DNA of 57,086 nt. Origin: an uncultured Planctomycetales bacterium (lineage in GTDB: Bacteria > Omnitrophota > Gorgyraeia > Gygaellales > Profunditerraquicolaceae). The translations under genes were made by a program, and so were the position numbers. Shown piece after piece: positions 37,080-45,485 of the stretch. The stretch lies in assembly GCA_964487475.1 (NCBI GenBank), contig CAZAPM010000008.1, positions 1 to 57,086 on the forward strand. Direction: 5' to 3'. Below the pieces are notes generated by a model that was not told the origin of the DNA, searched no databases, and saw only the letters and a program-made list of their open reading frames with translations. The number at the start of each line of letters is the position of its first letter. Position 1 is the first letter of the stretch.

Positions 37080-38231
37080 ATGAATTATATGCTTACCGAA
37101 GAACAACAGATGATCAAGGACCTCGCGCACAAGATCGCGGAGGATAAGATCCGCCCCGTGGCGGCCAAGTATGACGCCACCGAAGAGTATCCCTGGGAAG
37201 TGATGAAGGTCATGGCCGAGTCCGACATGTTCGGGCTCTTCATCCCCGAGGCATACGGCGGCATGGGGGTCAACGTCATGAACCTCTGCCTCGCGACCGA
37301 GGAGTTCTCCCGGGCCTGCGGCGGTATCGCGGTATGCTACGCGGCGAGCGCCTTAGGGACGTTCCCCATCGTGCTTTTCGGCAACGAGACCCAGAACAAG
37401 AAATACCTTCCGGACTTGGCCAGCGGCAAGAAGATCGCCGCCTTCGCCATCACCGAGCCGGAAGCCGGGTCTGACGCCTCCGGGATCAAGACCACCGCCC
37501 GCAAGGAAGGCAATCATTACGTCTTAAACGGCCTCAAGCACTTCATCACCAACGGCGGCGATGCGGAAACCTACGTGGTCATCGCCATGACCGACAAGAA
37601 CAAGGGCGCCCGCGGCGCCTCCGCGTTCATCGTGGAGAAAGGCACTCCCGGCTTTACCTTCGGAAAGAAGGAGGATAAATTCGGCATCCGCGCCTCGTCC
37701 ACCCGCGAGCTCATCTTCACCGACTGCAAGATCCCGGCGGAGAACCTGCTCGCACGGGAAGGGATGGGTTTTATCGTCACCATGAAGACCTTCGATTTCT
37801 CCCGTCCCGGAGTCGCGGCCCAGGCCTTAGGCATCGCCCAGGGCGCGTTCGAGCTGGCGGTCAAGTACGTCAAGGAACGCCATCAGTTCGGCAAACCCAT
37901 CTCCGCCAACCAGGGGATCCGCTGGATGATCGCCGACATGGCCACCGAGATCGAAGCGGCCCGCGGGCTGGTCTATAACTGCGCGCGGATGGTGGACGCG
38001 GGGATCAAGGACGTTTCCAAGGAATCCGCCATGGCCAAGATGTACGCATCCGACGTGGCCATGAAGGTATCCGTGGACTGCCTGCAGCTTTTCGGCGGGT
38101 ACGGCTACATGAAGGATTACCCGATCGAGAAATACGTGCGCGACGCCAAGATCACGCAGATCTACGAAGGCACCAACCAGATCCAGCGCGATATCATCGG
38201 ATTGCAAACGATCAAAGAACTGGCCAGATAA
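37080..38231 (+). CDS. Acyl-CoA dehydrogenase (butyryl-/caffeyl-CoA reductase-like)
   Basis: AFAITEPEAGSD, LNGLKHFITNG, GKKEDKFGIRAS, QLFGGYGY, YVRDAKITQIYEGTNQIQR. Confidence 0.95.
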   Translation: MNYMLTEEQQMIKDLAHKIAEDKIRPVAAKYDATEEYPWEVMKVMAESDMFGLFIPEAYGGMGVNVMNLCLATEEFSRACGGIAVCYAASALGTFPIVLFGNETQNKKYLPDLASGKKIAAFAITEPEAGSDASGIKTTARKEGNHYVLNGLKHFITNGGDAETYVVIAMTDKNKGARGASAFIVEKGTPGFTFGKKEDKFGIRASSTRELIFTDCKIPAENLLAREGMGFIVTMKTFDFSRPGVAAQALGIAQGAFELAVKYVKERHQFGKPISANQGIRWMIADMATEIEAARGLVYNCARMVDAGIKDVSKESAMAKMYASDVAMKVSVDCLQLFGGYGYMKDYPIEKYVRDAKITQIYEGTNQIQRDIIGLQTIKELAR

Positions 38232-38246
38232 ACCAAAGGTAGACCT

Positions 38247-39029
38247 ATGCATATCATCGTCTGCATCAAACAGGTCCCGGAGACCACGGAAGTGCGCATC
38301 AACCCGGAGACCAACACCCTGATCCGCGAAGGGGTCAAAGCCATCATCAATCCTTTCGACATGTACGCCATCGAAGCGGCGGTACGGCTCAAGGAACAGA
38401 ACACCGGCAAAGTAACGGTGGTGTGCATGGGCCCGCCGCAGGCGGAAGCCGCCTTGCGGGAGGCCATCTCCATGGGATGCGACGAAGGGATACTGGTGTG
38501 CGACCGCGCGTTCGCGGGAAGCGATACCTGGGCTACCAGCTACACCCTGGCCGGCGCCATCAAGAAGATCGGCGCTTTCGATATCATCGTCTGCGGCAAA
38601 CAGGCCTCGGACGGGGATACCGCGCAGGTGGGACCCGGCATCGCCACGCACCTGGACCTGCCTCAGGTCACCTACGTGAAGAAGATCGAAGAGGTCAAGG
38701 ACGGGAAGATGCGCGTGGAGCGGCTGATGGAAGAAGGATATGAGGTCATCGAAGTGCCGCTGCCGTGCCTGCTGACCGTGGTCAAAGAGCTCTGCGAACC
38801 GCGCATCCCCTCCCTTAAGGGGATGATGAAAGCCAAGAGCGCCAAGATTACGCAGTGGGGCCAGAAGGACCTCGACCTGGACCCCCAGGCGATCGGCCTG
38901 TGCGGCTCGCCCACCCAGGTGGTCAAGATATTCACCCCTCCGCAGCGCGAGGGAGGACAGATCCTTACCGGAGAGCCGGCGGAGATCGCCGCGCAGCTGG
39001 TATCACTTATCAAAGACGAGGTACATTAA
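38247..39029 (+). CDS. etfB: Electron transfer flavoprotein beta subunit
   Basis: CIKQVP, INPFDMYAIEAA, DRAFAGSDTWATS, CGKQASDGDTAQVGP. Confidence 0.95.
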   Translation: MHIIVCIKQVPETTEVRINPETNTLIREGVKAIINPFDMYAIEAAVRLKEQNTGKVTVVCMGPPQAEAALREAISMGCDEGILVCDRAFAGSDTWATSYTLAGAIKKIGAFDIIVCGKQASDGDTAQVGPGIATHLDLPQVTYVKKIEEVKDGKMRVERLMEEGYEVIEVPLPCLLTVVKELCEPRIPSLKGMMKAKSAKITQWGQKDLDLDPQAIGLCGSPTQVVKIFTPPQREGGQILTGEPAEIAAQLVSLIKDEVH

Positions 39030-39032
39030 GCC

Positions 39033-40235
39033 ATGGCCGTCCAGATCATAGTCGAGAAGTGCACCGGGTGCACCCTTTGCCTCAAAGCCTGCCCCTTCGA
39101 CGCCATCCGCATGATGGAGAAGAAGGCGGTGATCGATTACCACAAATGCACCCTCTGCGGAGCGTGCGTCCAGGCCTGCAAGTTCAAAGCGGTGCTGATG
39201 GAGAAGACCGGAACGGTCTGCGCCCTGCCCTCGATCAAGGATTACAAGGGGATATGGGTCTTCATCGAGCAGAAAAAAGGAAAGGTGCAATCCGTCTCCT
39301 ACGAACTGCTGGGAAAAGCCCAGGAGCTGGCCAAGAAGCTCAACACCCAGGTCAGCGGGATCCTGATCGGCCACAACGTCGCCGACCAGACGGACGAACT
39401 GATCTGGCACGGCGCCGACCAGGTGTACCTGGTGGAAGCGCCCGAGATCGCGGAGTTCCAGGACGAGCCCTACACCAACATCCTGGTCAAGCTCATAGAA
39501 AAACATAAGCCCGAAGTGCTCCTTTGCGGCGCCACCGCCATCGGCCGCTCCCTGATCGCGCGGGTGGCGATCAGATCGAAAGCGGGACTGACGGCGGATT
39601 GCACCGGATTGGACATCGACCCGGAAAAGAAGATCTTGCTGCAGACCCGTCCGGCATTCGGAGGCAACATCATGGCCACCATCATCTGCCCCAATTACCG
39701 GCCGCAGATGTCCACCGTGCGCCACAAAGTGTTCACCCCGCTTCCCGCGGACAAGCACCGCAAGGGAAAGGTCATCCGGGAGACCTTCGGCCAGGAGGAG
39801 TACGCCTCCCGGGCCAGGCTGCTGGATATCGTGGACGAAGTGGAATCCCTGGTCAATATCGCGGAAGCGGACATCATCGTTTCCGGAGGACGGGGGATGG
39901 GGGGTAAAGAGAACTTCAAGCTCCTGGAAGAACTGGCGCATGCGCTGGGAGGGGCGGTAGGCTCATCCCGCGCGGCGGTGGATTCCGGATGGATGCCTTA
40001 CTCGCACCAGGTAGGACAGACCGGGAGGACCGTGGCGCCGAAGCTCTACATCGCCTGCGGGATCTCCGGGCAGATACAGCACCTGGTAGGGATGTCCTCA
40101 TCCAAGGTGATCATCGCCATCAACAAGGACCCGGAAGCGCCCATCTTCAAATACGCCACCTACGGCATCGTCGGGGACGTATTCCAGATCGTACCGGCAC
40201 TGACGAAAGCGTTCGCCCAGGCCCGGGGCAGATAG
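39033..40235 (+). CDS. etfA: Electron transfer flavoprotein alpha subunit with an N-terminal 2x[4Fe-4S] ferredoxin domain
   Basis: CTGCTLCLKACP and CTLCGACVQAC. GLTADCT, RPAFGGN, VSGGRG, QVGQTGRTVAPKLYIACGISGQIQH. Confidence 0.95.
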   Translation: MAVQIIVEKCTGCTLCLKACPFDAIRMMEKKAVIDYHKCTLCGACVQACKFKAVLMEKTGTVCALPSIKDYKGIWVFIEQKKGKVQSVSYELLGKAQELAKKLNTQVSGILIGHNVADQTDELIWHGADQVYLVEAPEIAEFQDEPYTNILVKLIEKHKPEVLLCGATAIGRSLIARVAIRSKAGLTADCTGLDIDPEKKILLQTRPAFGGNIMATIICPNYRPQMSTVRHKVFTPLPADKHRKGKVIRETFGQEEYASRARLLDIVDEVESLVNIAEADIIVSGGRGMGGKENFKLLEELAHALGGAVGSSRAAVDSGWMPYSHQVGQTGRTVAPKLYIACGISGQIQHLVGMSSSKVIIAINKDPEAPIFKYATYGIVGDVFQIVPALTKAFAQARGR

Positions 40236-40251
40236 TATTTGCACAACCCTG

Positions 40252-40303
40252 TTGCATTCCGGGTGGTTTTTGTGTAAAATACCTTTGTCGGTCAACACAA
40301 AGG
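40252..40303 (+). promoter_or_regulatory. Promoter of pilZ-smc with an operator-like inverted repeat over the predicted start site
   Basis: TTGCAT-17 nt-TAAAAT (40252-40280), then CCTTTGT-N8-ACAAAGG (40282-40303). Confidence 0.5.
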
Positions 40304-40310
40304 GGGGACG

Positions 40311-40670
40311 GTGATGGCGTTCGAGGAAAAGAGAAGGTATCCGCGCATCTGCTGCAATTTCGAGGTCGAGTATTCCCGTTCCGATGACGATTCGTGCCAG
40401 ATCTACACCACCAGCAGCCGCGATATCAGCCGGGGCGGCATCCGCTTCATCTCCCTCGAAGAACTGCCCATGGGCCAGTGCCTCAAAATGCGCTTCACCT
40501 CCCTTGACGACGAACAGATCATCTTTGCCACCGGAAGGGTCGTCTGGATCGATAAATTCGTGGTAGGGGACATCAATTCCAGCACGGCGTACGAGACCGG
40601 GGTGGAATTTTTCGACCTGGACGAAACGGCAGCAGAGCAGCTCGCCCGCTTAACCCACAAACCTGTGTAA
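40311..40670 (+). CDS. Stand-alone PilZ domain protein
   Basis: EKRRYPR (RxxxR), DISRGG (DxSxxG), GRVVW, TGVEF. Confidence 0.9.
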   Translation: MMAFEEKRRYPRICCNFEVEYSRSDDDSCQIYTTSSRDISRGGIRFISLEELPMGQCLKMRFTSLDDEQIIFATGRVVWIDKFVVGDINSSTAYETGVEFFDLDETAAEQLARLTHKPV

Positions 40671-40691
40671 TGCCCGCACGGAGACCCCGGC

Positions 40692-43600
40692 ATGTATTTT
40701 AAACGTCTAGAGATCGTCGGCTTCAAATCCTTCTACCACAAGACCAACCTCGATTTTGAACCCGGCATCACCGCGATCGTCGGGCCCAACGGCTGCGGCA
40801 AATCCAACATCTTCGATTCCATCCGCTGGGTCCTGGGCGAACAGTCGGTCAAGGCCCTGCGCGGCACCGACATGCAGGACGTCATCTTCAACGGCACGGA
40901 ATCAAAAGAGCCCCTGGGGATGGCGGAAGTCACCCTGGTCTTCGATAACAGCAACAAGCATTTTTCCGTCGACCATACGGAGGTTGCGGTCACCCGCCGC
41001 CTCTACCGCTCGGGGGAAAGCGAATACCTGCTCAACAAGAACATCGTGCGGCTGAAGGATATCCTGGACCTGCTCATGGGAACCGGGATCGGCGCGGAGA
41101 GCTACTCCCTGATCCAGCAGGGGAAGATCGACCTGGTCTTAAGCGCCAAACCCGAGGACAGACGGCTGGTCTTCGACGAGGCATCCGGGATCAGCAAGTA
41201 CAAGGCCCAGAAGCGGGAGACCCTGCGCAAACTCGAGGACACGGAACAGAACCTGCTGCGGGTCAACGATATCGTCACGGAAGTGAAGCGGCAGATCGGT
41301 TCCCTGGAGCGCCAGGCGAACAAGGCCCGCCGCTACAAGGAGGCTTTCGAAGAGCTCAAAGCCAGGGAGATCCAGCTGGCATCCTTAGAAAAGCAGGCGC
41401 TGCTGGCACAGCAGGAGGAACTCTCCCAGACGCTCTCCCGGCTGCACGCAGACCAGGAGAGCCTGCAGCAGGGGATACTCTCGCAGGAATCCAGCATCAG
41501 CAACCGCCAGCAGGAACTCAAGGACCTGGAGATCCTGATGCAGCGCACCAAGGAAGAGATCCTGCAGCTGCACGGCACGGAATCCCGCAACCAGGAGCAT
41601 ATCCGCTTCAACGAAGAGCGGATCAGGGAGCTGGACGCCTCGAACGTACAGCTGGCGTTACAGATCGAACAGATGCGCGTGCGCATCGCCGCGGATGAGG
41701 AAAAGCTCAACGCCACCCGGCAGGAATATGACGGGATCGCCCAGGCGGTGCAGGAGAAGACCGCGCTGCTGGCCCAGAGGGAACAGACCCTCGCCGAGGT
41801 CAACGCCTCGATCAAGAACTCGCTGCACGCCATCTCCCAGACCAAACAGGACATCCTTGACGCCGCCAGCCGCCTTTCCGCGGTCAACAACTCCATCGCG
41901 GACACCTCCTCGAAAAAACAGGTGTATGCGGCGCGGCAGAACCGCCTGACCCTGGAAAAAGCCAAGATCGGCCAGGAATACGCGGACATGGAGCAGAGCC
42001 TCGCGCAGGTATCCCAGGAACTCTCCGCCTGCGAAGCGCAGTTCGCATCCACGCAGGCGCGCATCGCGCAGACGAAAGAGGCGGAAGCGCAGGAAAAGCT
42101 CTCGTTGAACCAGCTCATCTCCCGTATCGAAGAGCTGGTGATGCAAAAACTCACCCTGGAATCCCACCGGGAGTTCCTCTCGCAGCTGAAATCGAAATAC
42201 GAGGACCTGGGAGAATCCCTCAACGCCACCATCTACCTCGACAAACTGCCCTCCGAGAAACTGGGAGGCATGGTGGTGAAGATCCGGGAATATCAGGACC
42301 TGCAGGCCCAGGAAGGCACGCCGGGAGTGCTCAAGATACTCGGCGAAGCCAAGCCGGTGGACTTGGACACCCAGCGCATCAGCGAACGCATCGCGGAAAC
42401 GGAGCAGGAGATCGTGGCCTTGAACGGCCAGAAAGCGCAGAAGGAAGCGGCGACGGACGAGATCATGCGCTCCATCGCCCAGCTCCAGGAAGAGCTTCGC
42501 TCCCAGGAGATCACCCTCGCCAACAAGCGCACCAACCGGCAGAACCTCACCGACCAGTGCGGCAAGATACGGGAGGAAGAGGAGCTGATCCTGGCGGAGA
42601 TCTCGGACGTGATCCGCGACATGACGCAGTTCGACGCCGCCTTGCAGCAGTTCCAGGCGCAGCAGGCAGAGCTGACCGCCCGGCAGAAGGAACTGGAAGA
42701 TTCCATCCTGCACGAGCAAAACGCCATCACCGCGCACAACCAGACCAAGGAAGAAGCGCTGATGTACATCACCCAGGTCAAGACGGAACTGGAGGCGCTG
42801 CAGAAGAAGAAATCGTCGGACGAAGCGACCATCCGTATCCTGGAGGAGACCTGGCGCCAGGACACCCAGAATTCGGAGGCGCTCACCCGGCAGCAGCAGG
42901 AGCAGACCCTGCGGCAGGAGGCCCTGCGCAAGGAGATGGCGGATCTGGAACGCGCCATCCAGGAAGCCCGCGCCGCGGTCGAAAGCCACACCCAGTTCCT
43001 TTCCCAGTCCCGCGCCTCGTACGAGACGATCTCCAACGCCATCAGCGACGTGGTCGCCAAGATCTCCCTGGACCGCACCGCGCTGGAGGAATGCCGCCAG
43101 CGGATGCATGACACCCAGATGAAAGCCAAAGACTACGAATTCAAATACGAAGGGCTCAAGGAGCGCATCCTGCAGGGGTACAAGATCGACCTGGACACCC
43201 TGGCCGCGCAGGATCCCGAAAGCGGCGCGCCCCCGGAAGAAGGGGCCCTGCGGGAGGAAGTGCGCCAGCTTAAAGCCCGCATCGACTCCTACGGAGCGGT
43301 CAACCTGGTCGCTATCGAAGAGTACGACGAGCTCAAGCAGCGGTATGATTTCCTCACCCAGCAGCAGGCGGACCTCTTCACCGCCAAGGACTCCCTGCAC
43401 GAGGCCATCCTCAAGATCAACCGCACCACCAGGAAGATGTTCATGGAGACCTTCGAAAAGGTGCAGGTGGAGTTCCGCAACTATTTCAAGCTGCTCTTCA
43501 ACGGCGGGGAGGCCCAGGTGTACCTGCTCGACGAATCCGACCCCCTGGAATCGGGGATCGAGATCATCTGCCGTCCCCCGGGCAAAAAGCTGCAGAACAT

Positions 43601-43940
43601 CCTGCTGCTTTCCGGCGGCGAGAAATCCATGGCCGCCATCGCCCTGATCTTCGCCATCTTCAAGGTCAAACCGGCGCCGTTCTGCGTCCTGGACGAGATC
43701 GATGCCGCCCTGGACGAAGCCAACGTCGACCGCTTCGGCAGGATCCTCTCGGAGTTCACCAACACCTCGCAGTTCATCGTGATCACCCACAATAAAAAAA
43801 CCATCGCCAACGCCGACGTCATGTACGGCATCACGATGGAGGAATCGGGGGTCTCGAAGATCGTGTCGGTGAAGCTTTCCCAGTCGAAAGAGAAGAAAGA
43901 GGATACCGCCGCGTCCCTGCCTCAGCCCACTCCGGCCTAA
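40692..43940 (+). CDS. smc: Chromosome segregation protein SMC (hinge region atypically short)
   Basis: MYFKRLEIVGFKSF, GPNGCGKSN, IQQGKI, long coiled coils, GAVNLVAIEEY, LLSGGEKS, VLDEIDAALD, VITHN. Confidence 0.93.
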   Translation: MYFKRLEIVGFKSFYHKTNLDFEPGITAIVGPNGCGKSNIFDSIRWVLGEQSVKALRGTDMQDVIFNGTESKEPLGMAEVTLVFDNSNKHFSVDHTEVAVTRRLYRSGESEYLLNKNIVRLKDILDLLMGTGIGAESYSLIQQGKIDLVLSAKPEDRRLVFDEASGISKYKAQKRETLRKLEDTEQNLLRVNDIVTEVKRQIGSLERQANKARRYKEAFEELKAREIQLASLEKQALLAQQEELSQTLSRLHADQESLQQGILSQESSISNRQQELKDLEILMQRTKEEILQLHGTESRNQEHIRFNEERIRELDASNVQLALQIEQMRVRIAADEEKLNATRQEYDGIAQAVQEKTALLAQREQTLAEVNASIKNSLHAISQTKQDILDAASRLSAVNNSIADTSSKKQVYAARQNRLTLEKAKIGQEYADMEQSLAQVSQELSACEAQFASTQARIAQTKEAEAQEKLSLNQLISRIEELVMQKLTLESHREFLSQLKSKYEDLGESLNATIYLDKLPSEKLGGMVVKIREYQDLQAQEGTPGVLKILGEAKPVDLDTQRISERIAETEQEIVALNGQKAQKEAATDEIMRSIAQLQEELRSQEITLANKRTNRQNLTDQCGKIREEEELILAEISDVIRDMTQFDAALQQFQAQQAELTARQKELEDSILHEQNAITAHNQTKEEALMYITQVKTELEALQKKKSSDEATIRILEETWRQDTQNSEALTRQQQEQTLRQEALRKEMADLERAIQEARAAVESHTQFLSQSRASYETISNAISDVVAKISLDRTALEECRQRMHDTQMKAKDYEFKYEGLKERILQGYKIDLDTLAAQDPESGAPPEEGALREEVRQLKARIDSYGAVNLVAIEEYDELKQRYDFLTQQQADLFTAKDSLHEAILKINRTTRKMFMETFEKVQVEFRNYFKLLFNGGEAQVYLLDESDPLESGIEIICRPPGKKLQNILLLSGGEKSMAAIALIFAIFKVKPAPFCVLDEIDAALDEANVDRFGRILSEFTNTSQFIVITHNKKTIANADVMYGITMEESGVSKIVSVKLSQSKEKKEDTAASLPQPTPA

Positions 43941-43960
43941 CCGGCGCTTTTACGCGCCGG
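43941..43960. terminator. GC hairpin at the convergent smc / diguanylate cyclase junction
   Basis: CCGGCGC-TTTTAC-GCGCCGG, a perfect 7-bp stem whose loop holds the cyclase stop codon. No clear U-tract. Confidence 0.35.
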
Positions 43961-45179
43961 CGTTGCCGTTTCCGCCGTTCTCCCCGAACGGGGTACGGCA
44001 GCAGGTGTTGTTCTTGCCGCTGCGCTTCGCCTGGTATAACGCCTTATCTGCGGATGCGATCAATTCGGAAGGGGTGGAACCGTCCTCGGGGAACGTGCTT
44101 AACCCGATGCTCATGGTGAGCTTCTTCTGGGGCATGACCTCTTCGTGGACGAACTTGCTGCGCTCGATGTCGTGGCGCAGCCTCTCCGCGATGAAAAAAG
44201 CCTCGCGTTTATCGGTCTGCGGCAGGATCACCATGAACTCCTCGCCCCCGTAACGGCAGACGAAATCCATCTTGCGCGACTGGTTCTTGAGCAGCTGCGC
44301 GAGCTGCTTCAATATCTGGTCCCCGGCCTGGTGGCCCAGGGTATCGTTGTAGATCTTGAAGTCGTCGATATCCAGGGCGATGAGGGAGAGGGGCATCTGC
44401 GCCGCTTTGCACCGCTCCATATGGTCCTGCAAAAGGTACTGGAAGCGGCCGTGGTTCCAAAGCTGGGTCAGAGAATCCAGGTGCACCTGAATGACGGTCT
44501 TCTCGTAAAGCTGGGAGTTCTCGATCGCCAGGCCCGCCTGGTTGGCCAGCATGATGAGCATGTGCAGGTCGTCCTTGGAGATGGGCTTCTTGGTGATGAA
44601 GTTATCCGCGAGGATGATCCCGTTGACCTTATCCTTGGCTTTCAGAGGGACTATGGCGACTTCCTCGCTCTTCATGAACCCCAAGACCGGGTCATGGGCG
44701 TATTTGGCGAAGGTCTCCTTGGTCAGATGTATGGGCATACCCTCCAGGACGCATAACGCCAGCACGCCGCCGCCCGCTTCTTTCAAGGGGAGCTTGACGT
44801 GTTTCAGATGGCGGGTCAGGCCGGAATCCTTGGCATCCTTGAGGAAGGTATAGGCGTTGATCAGGTCTTCCAGGGTCTTATGCTCGGTCTCGATCTGGTG
44901 CCAGATGCGGTTGGCTTCCTCACCGGTCTCCGGGCCGATGCTGAGCTTCGCTTCCAGGAGATTATCCGCCTCGTTGACCAGGAAAAGCACCGCACGGTTG
45001 AACCCCAGCCCCATGTGCGCGGTCACCCCGGTCAGGATGATATAGAGGATCTCATCGAGCTTGAGGGTGGTGCGCATGGCGTTGGAGATCTCGTAGAGGA
45101 TGGTAAGCTCGGTCTTGGCGCGTTCCAGTTCCTGCGAGATCCGGCCGTGCTCTTCTGGAGTAGTGCGGGTGTCGTCCAT
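43950..45179 (-). CDS. GAF-GGDEF diguanylate cyclase
   Basis: GAF-like (LYEISNAM...GFNRAVLFLV...QAGLAIEN), DSLTQLWN, LDIDDFKIYNDTLGHQAGD, RKMD I-site, RYGGEEF. Start revised to ATG 45179 because a promoter lies directly upstream. Confidence 0.93.
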   Translation of the reverse strand: MDDTRTTPEEHGRISQELERAKTELTILYEISNAMRTTLKLDEILYIILTGVTAHMGLGFNRAVLFLVNEADNLLEAKLSIGPETGEEANRIWHQIETEHKTLEDLINAYTFLKDAKDSGLTRHLKHVKLPLKEAGGGVLALCVLEGMPIHLTKETFAKYAHDPVLGFMKSEEVAIVPLKAKDKVNGIILADNFITKKPISKDDLHMLIMLANQAGLAIENSQLYEKTVIQVHLDSLTQLWNHGRFQYLLQDHMERCKAAQMPLSLIALDIDDFKIYNDTLGHQAGDQILKQLAQLLKNQSRKMDFVCRYGGEEFMVILPQTDKREAFFIAERLRHDIERSKFVHEEVMPQKKLTMSIGLSTFPEDGSTPSELIASADKALYQAKRSGKNNTCCRTPFGENGGNGNAGA

Positions 45180-45188
45180 ATTGATGTA

Positions 45189-45217
45189 AATGTACCATAA
45201 CCTGGCGGACGTGTCAA
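45189..45217 (-). promoter_or_regulatory. sigma70 promoter of the cyclase gene
   Basis: Minus strand TTGACA-17 nt-TACATT with a TG extension, 9 nt before the ATG. Confidence 0.65.
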
Positions 45218-45236
45218 CTGCTACCGGCCAAAATGG

Positions 45237-45265
45237 TTGACACCCCGCCCCTTCAGTGGTATAGT
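45237..45265 (+). promoter_or_regulatory. Strong sigma70 promoter of the rpsU operon
   Basis: TTGACA-17 nt-TATAGT with a TG extension, divergent from the cyclase promoter. Confidence 0.75.
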
Positions 45266-45321
45266 TATTTCCCTGTCCAATCATACAAACCGTAGTACAT
45301 TCCAGAAAGGGGATGGTCACC

Positions 45322-45483
45322 TTGTCACAGGTTGAAGTCAAGAAAGACGAGCCGTTCGAAGCGGCATTGCGCCGTTTCAAGAAGAAGATCGAGCAGGAAG
45401 GGATCCTGAAAGAGGTCCGGGACCGCAAGCACTACGAAAAACCGAGCGAGCGCAAGAGAAAAAAGATGCGCAGAATGAAATAA
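45322..45483 (+). CDS. rpsU: 30S ribosomal protein S21 (absent from the ORF track, <60 aa)
   Basis: (M)[55 protein letters not shown] start after AAAGGGGA; alternative ATG at 45313. Confidence 0.95.
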   Translation: MSQVEVKKDEPFEAALRRFKKKIEQEGILKEVRDRKHYEKPSERKRKKMRRMK

Positions 45484-45485
45484 GC

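Noticed and set aside
41658-43790. 710-aa minus-strand ORF opposite smc, and similar long antisense ORFs (35283-36566, 19613-20920, 12264-13397, 51466-52617)
   Set aside because: Shadow frames of GC-rich, strongly codon-biased plus-strand genes. They have no recognisable motifs and fully overlap confident genes.
45180-45428. 83-aa N-terminal extension of the cyclase ORF
   Set aside because: It runs through two promoters and antisense to rpsU. ATG 45179 follows a good promoter.
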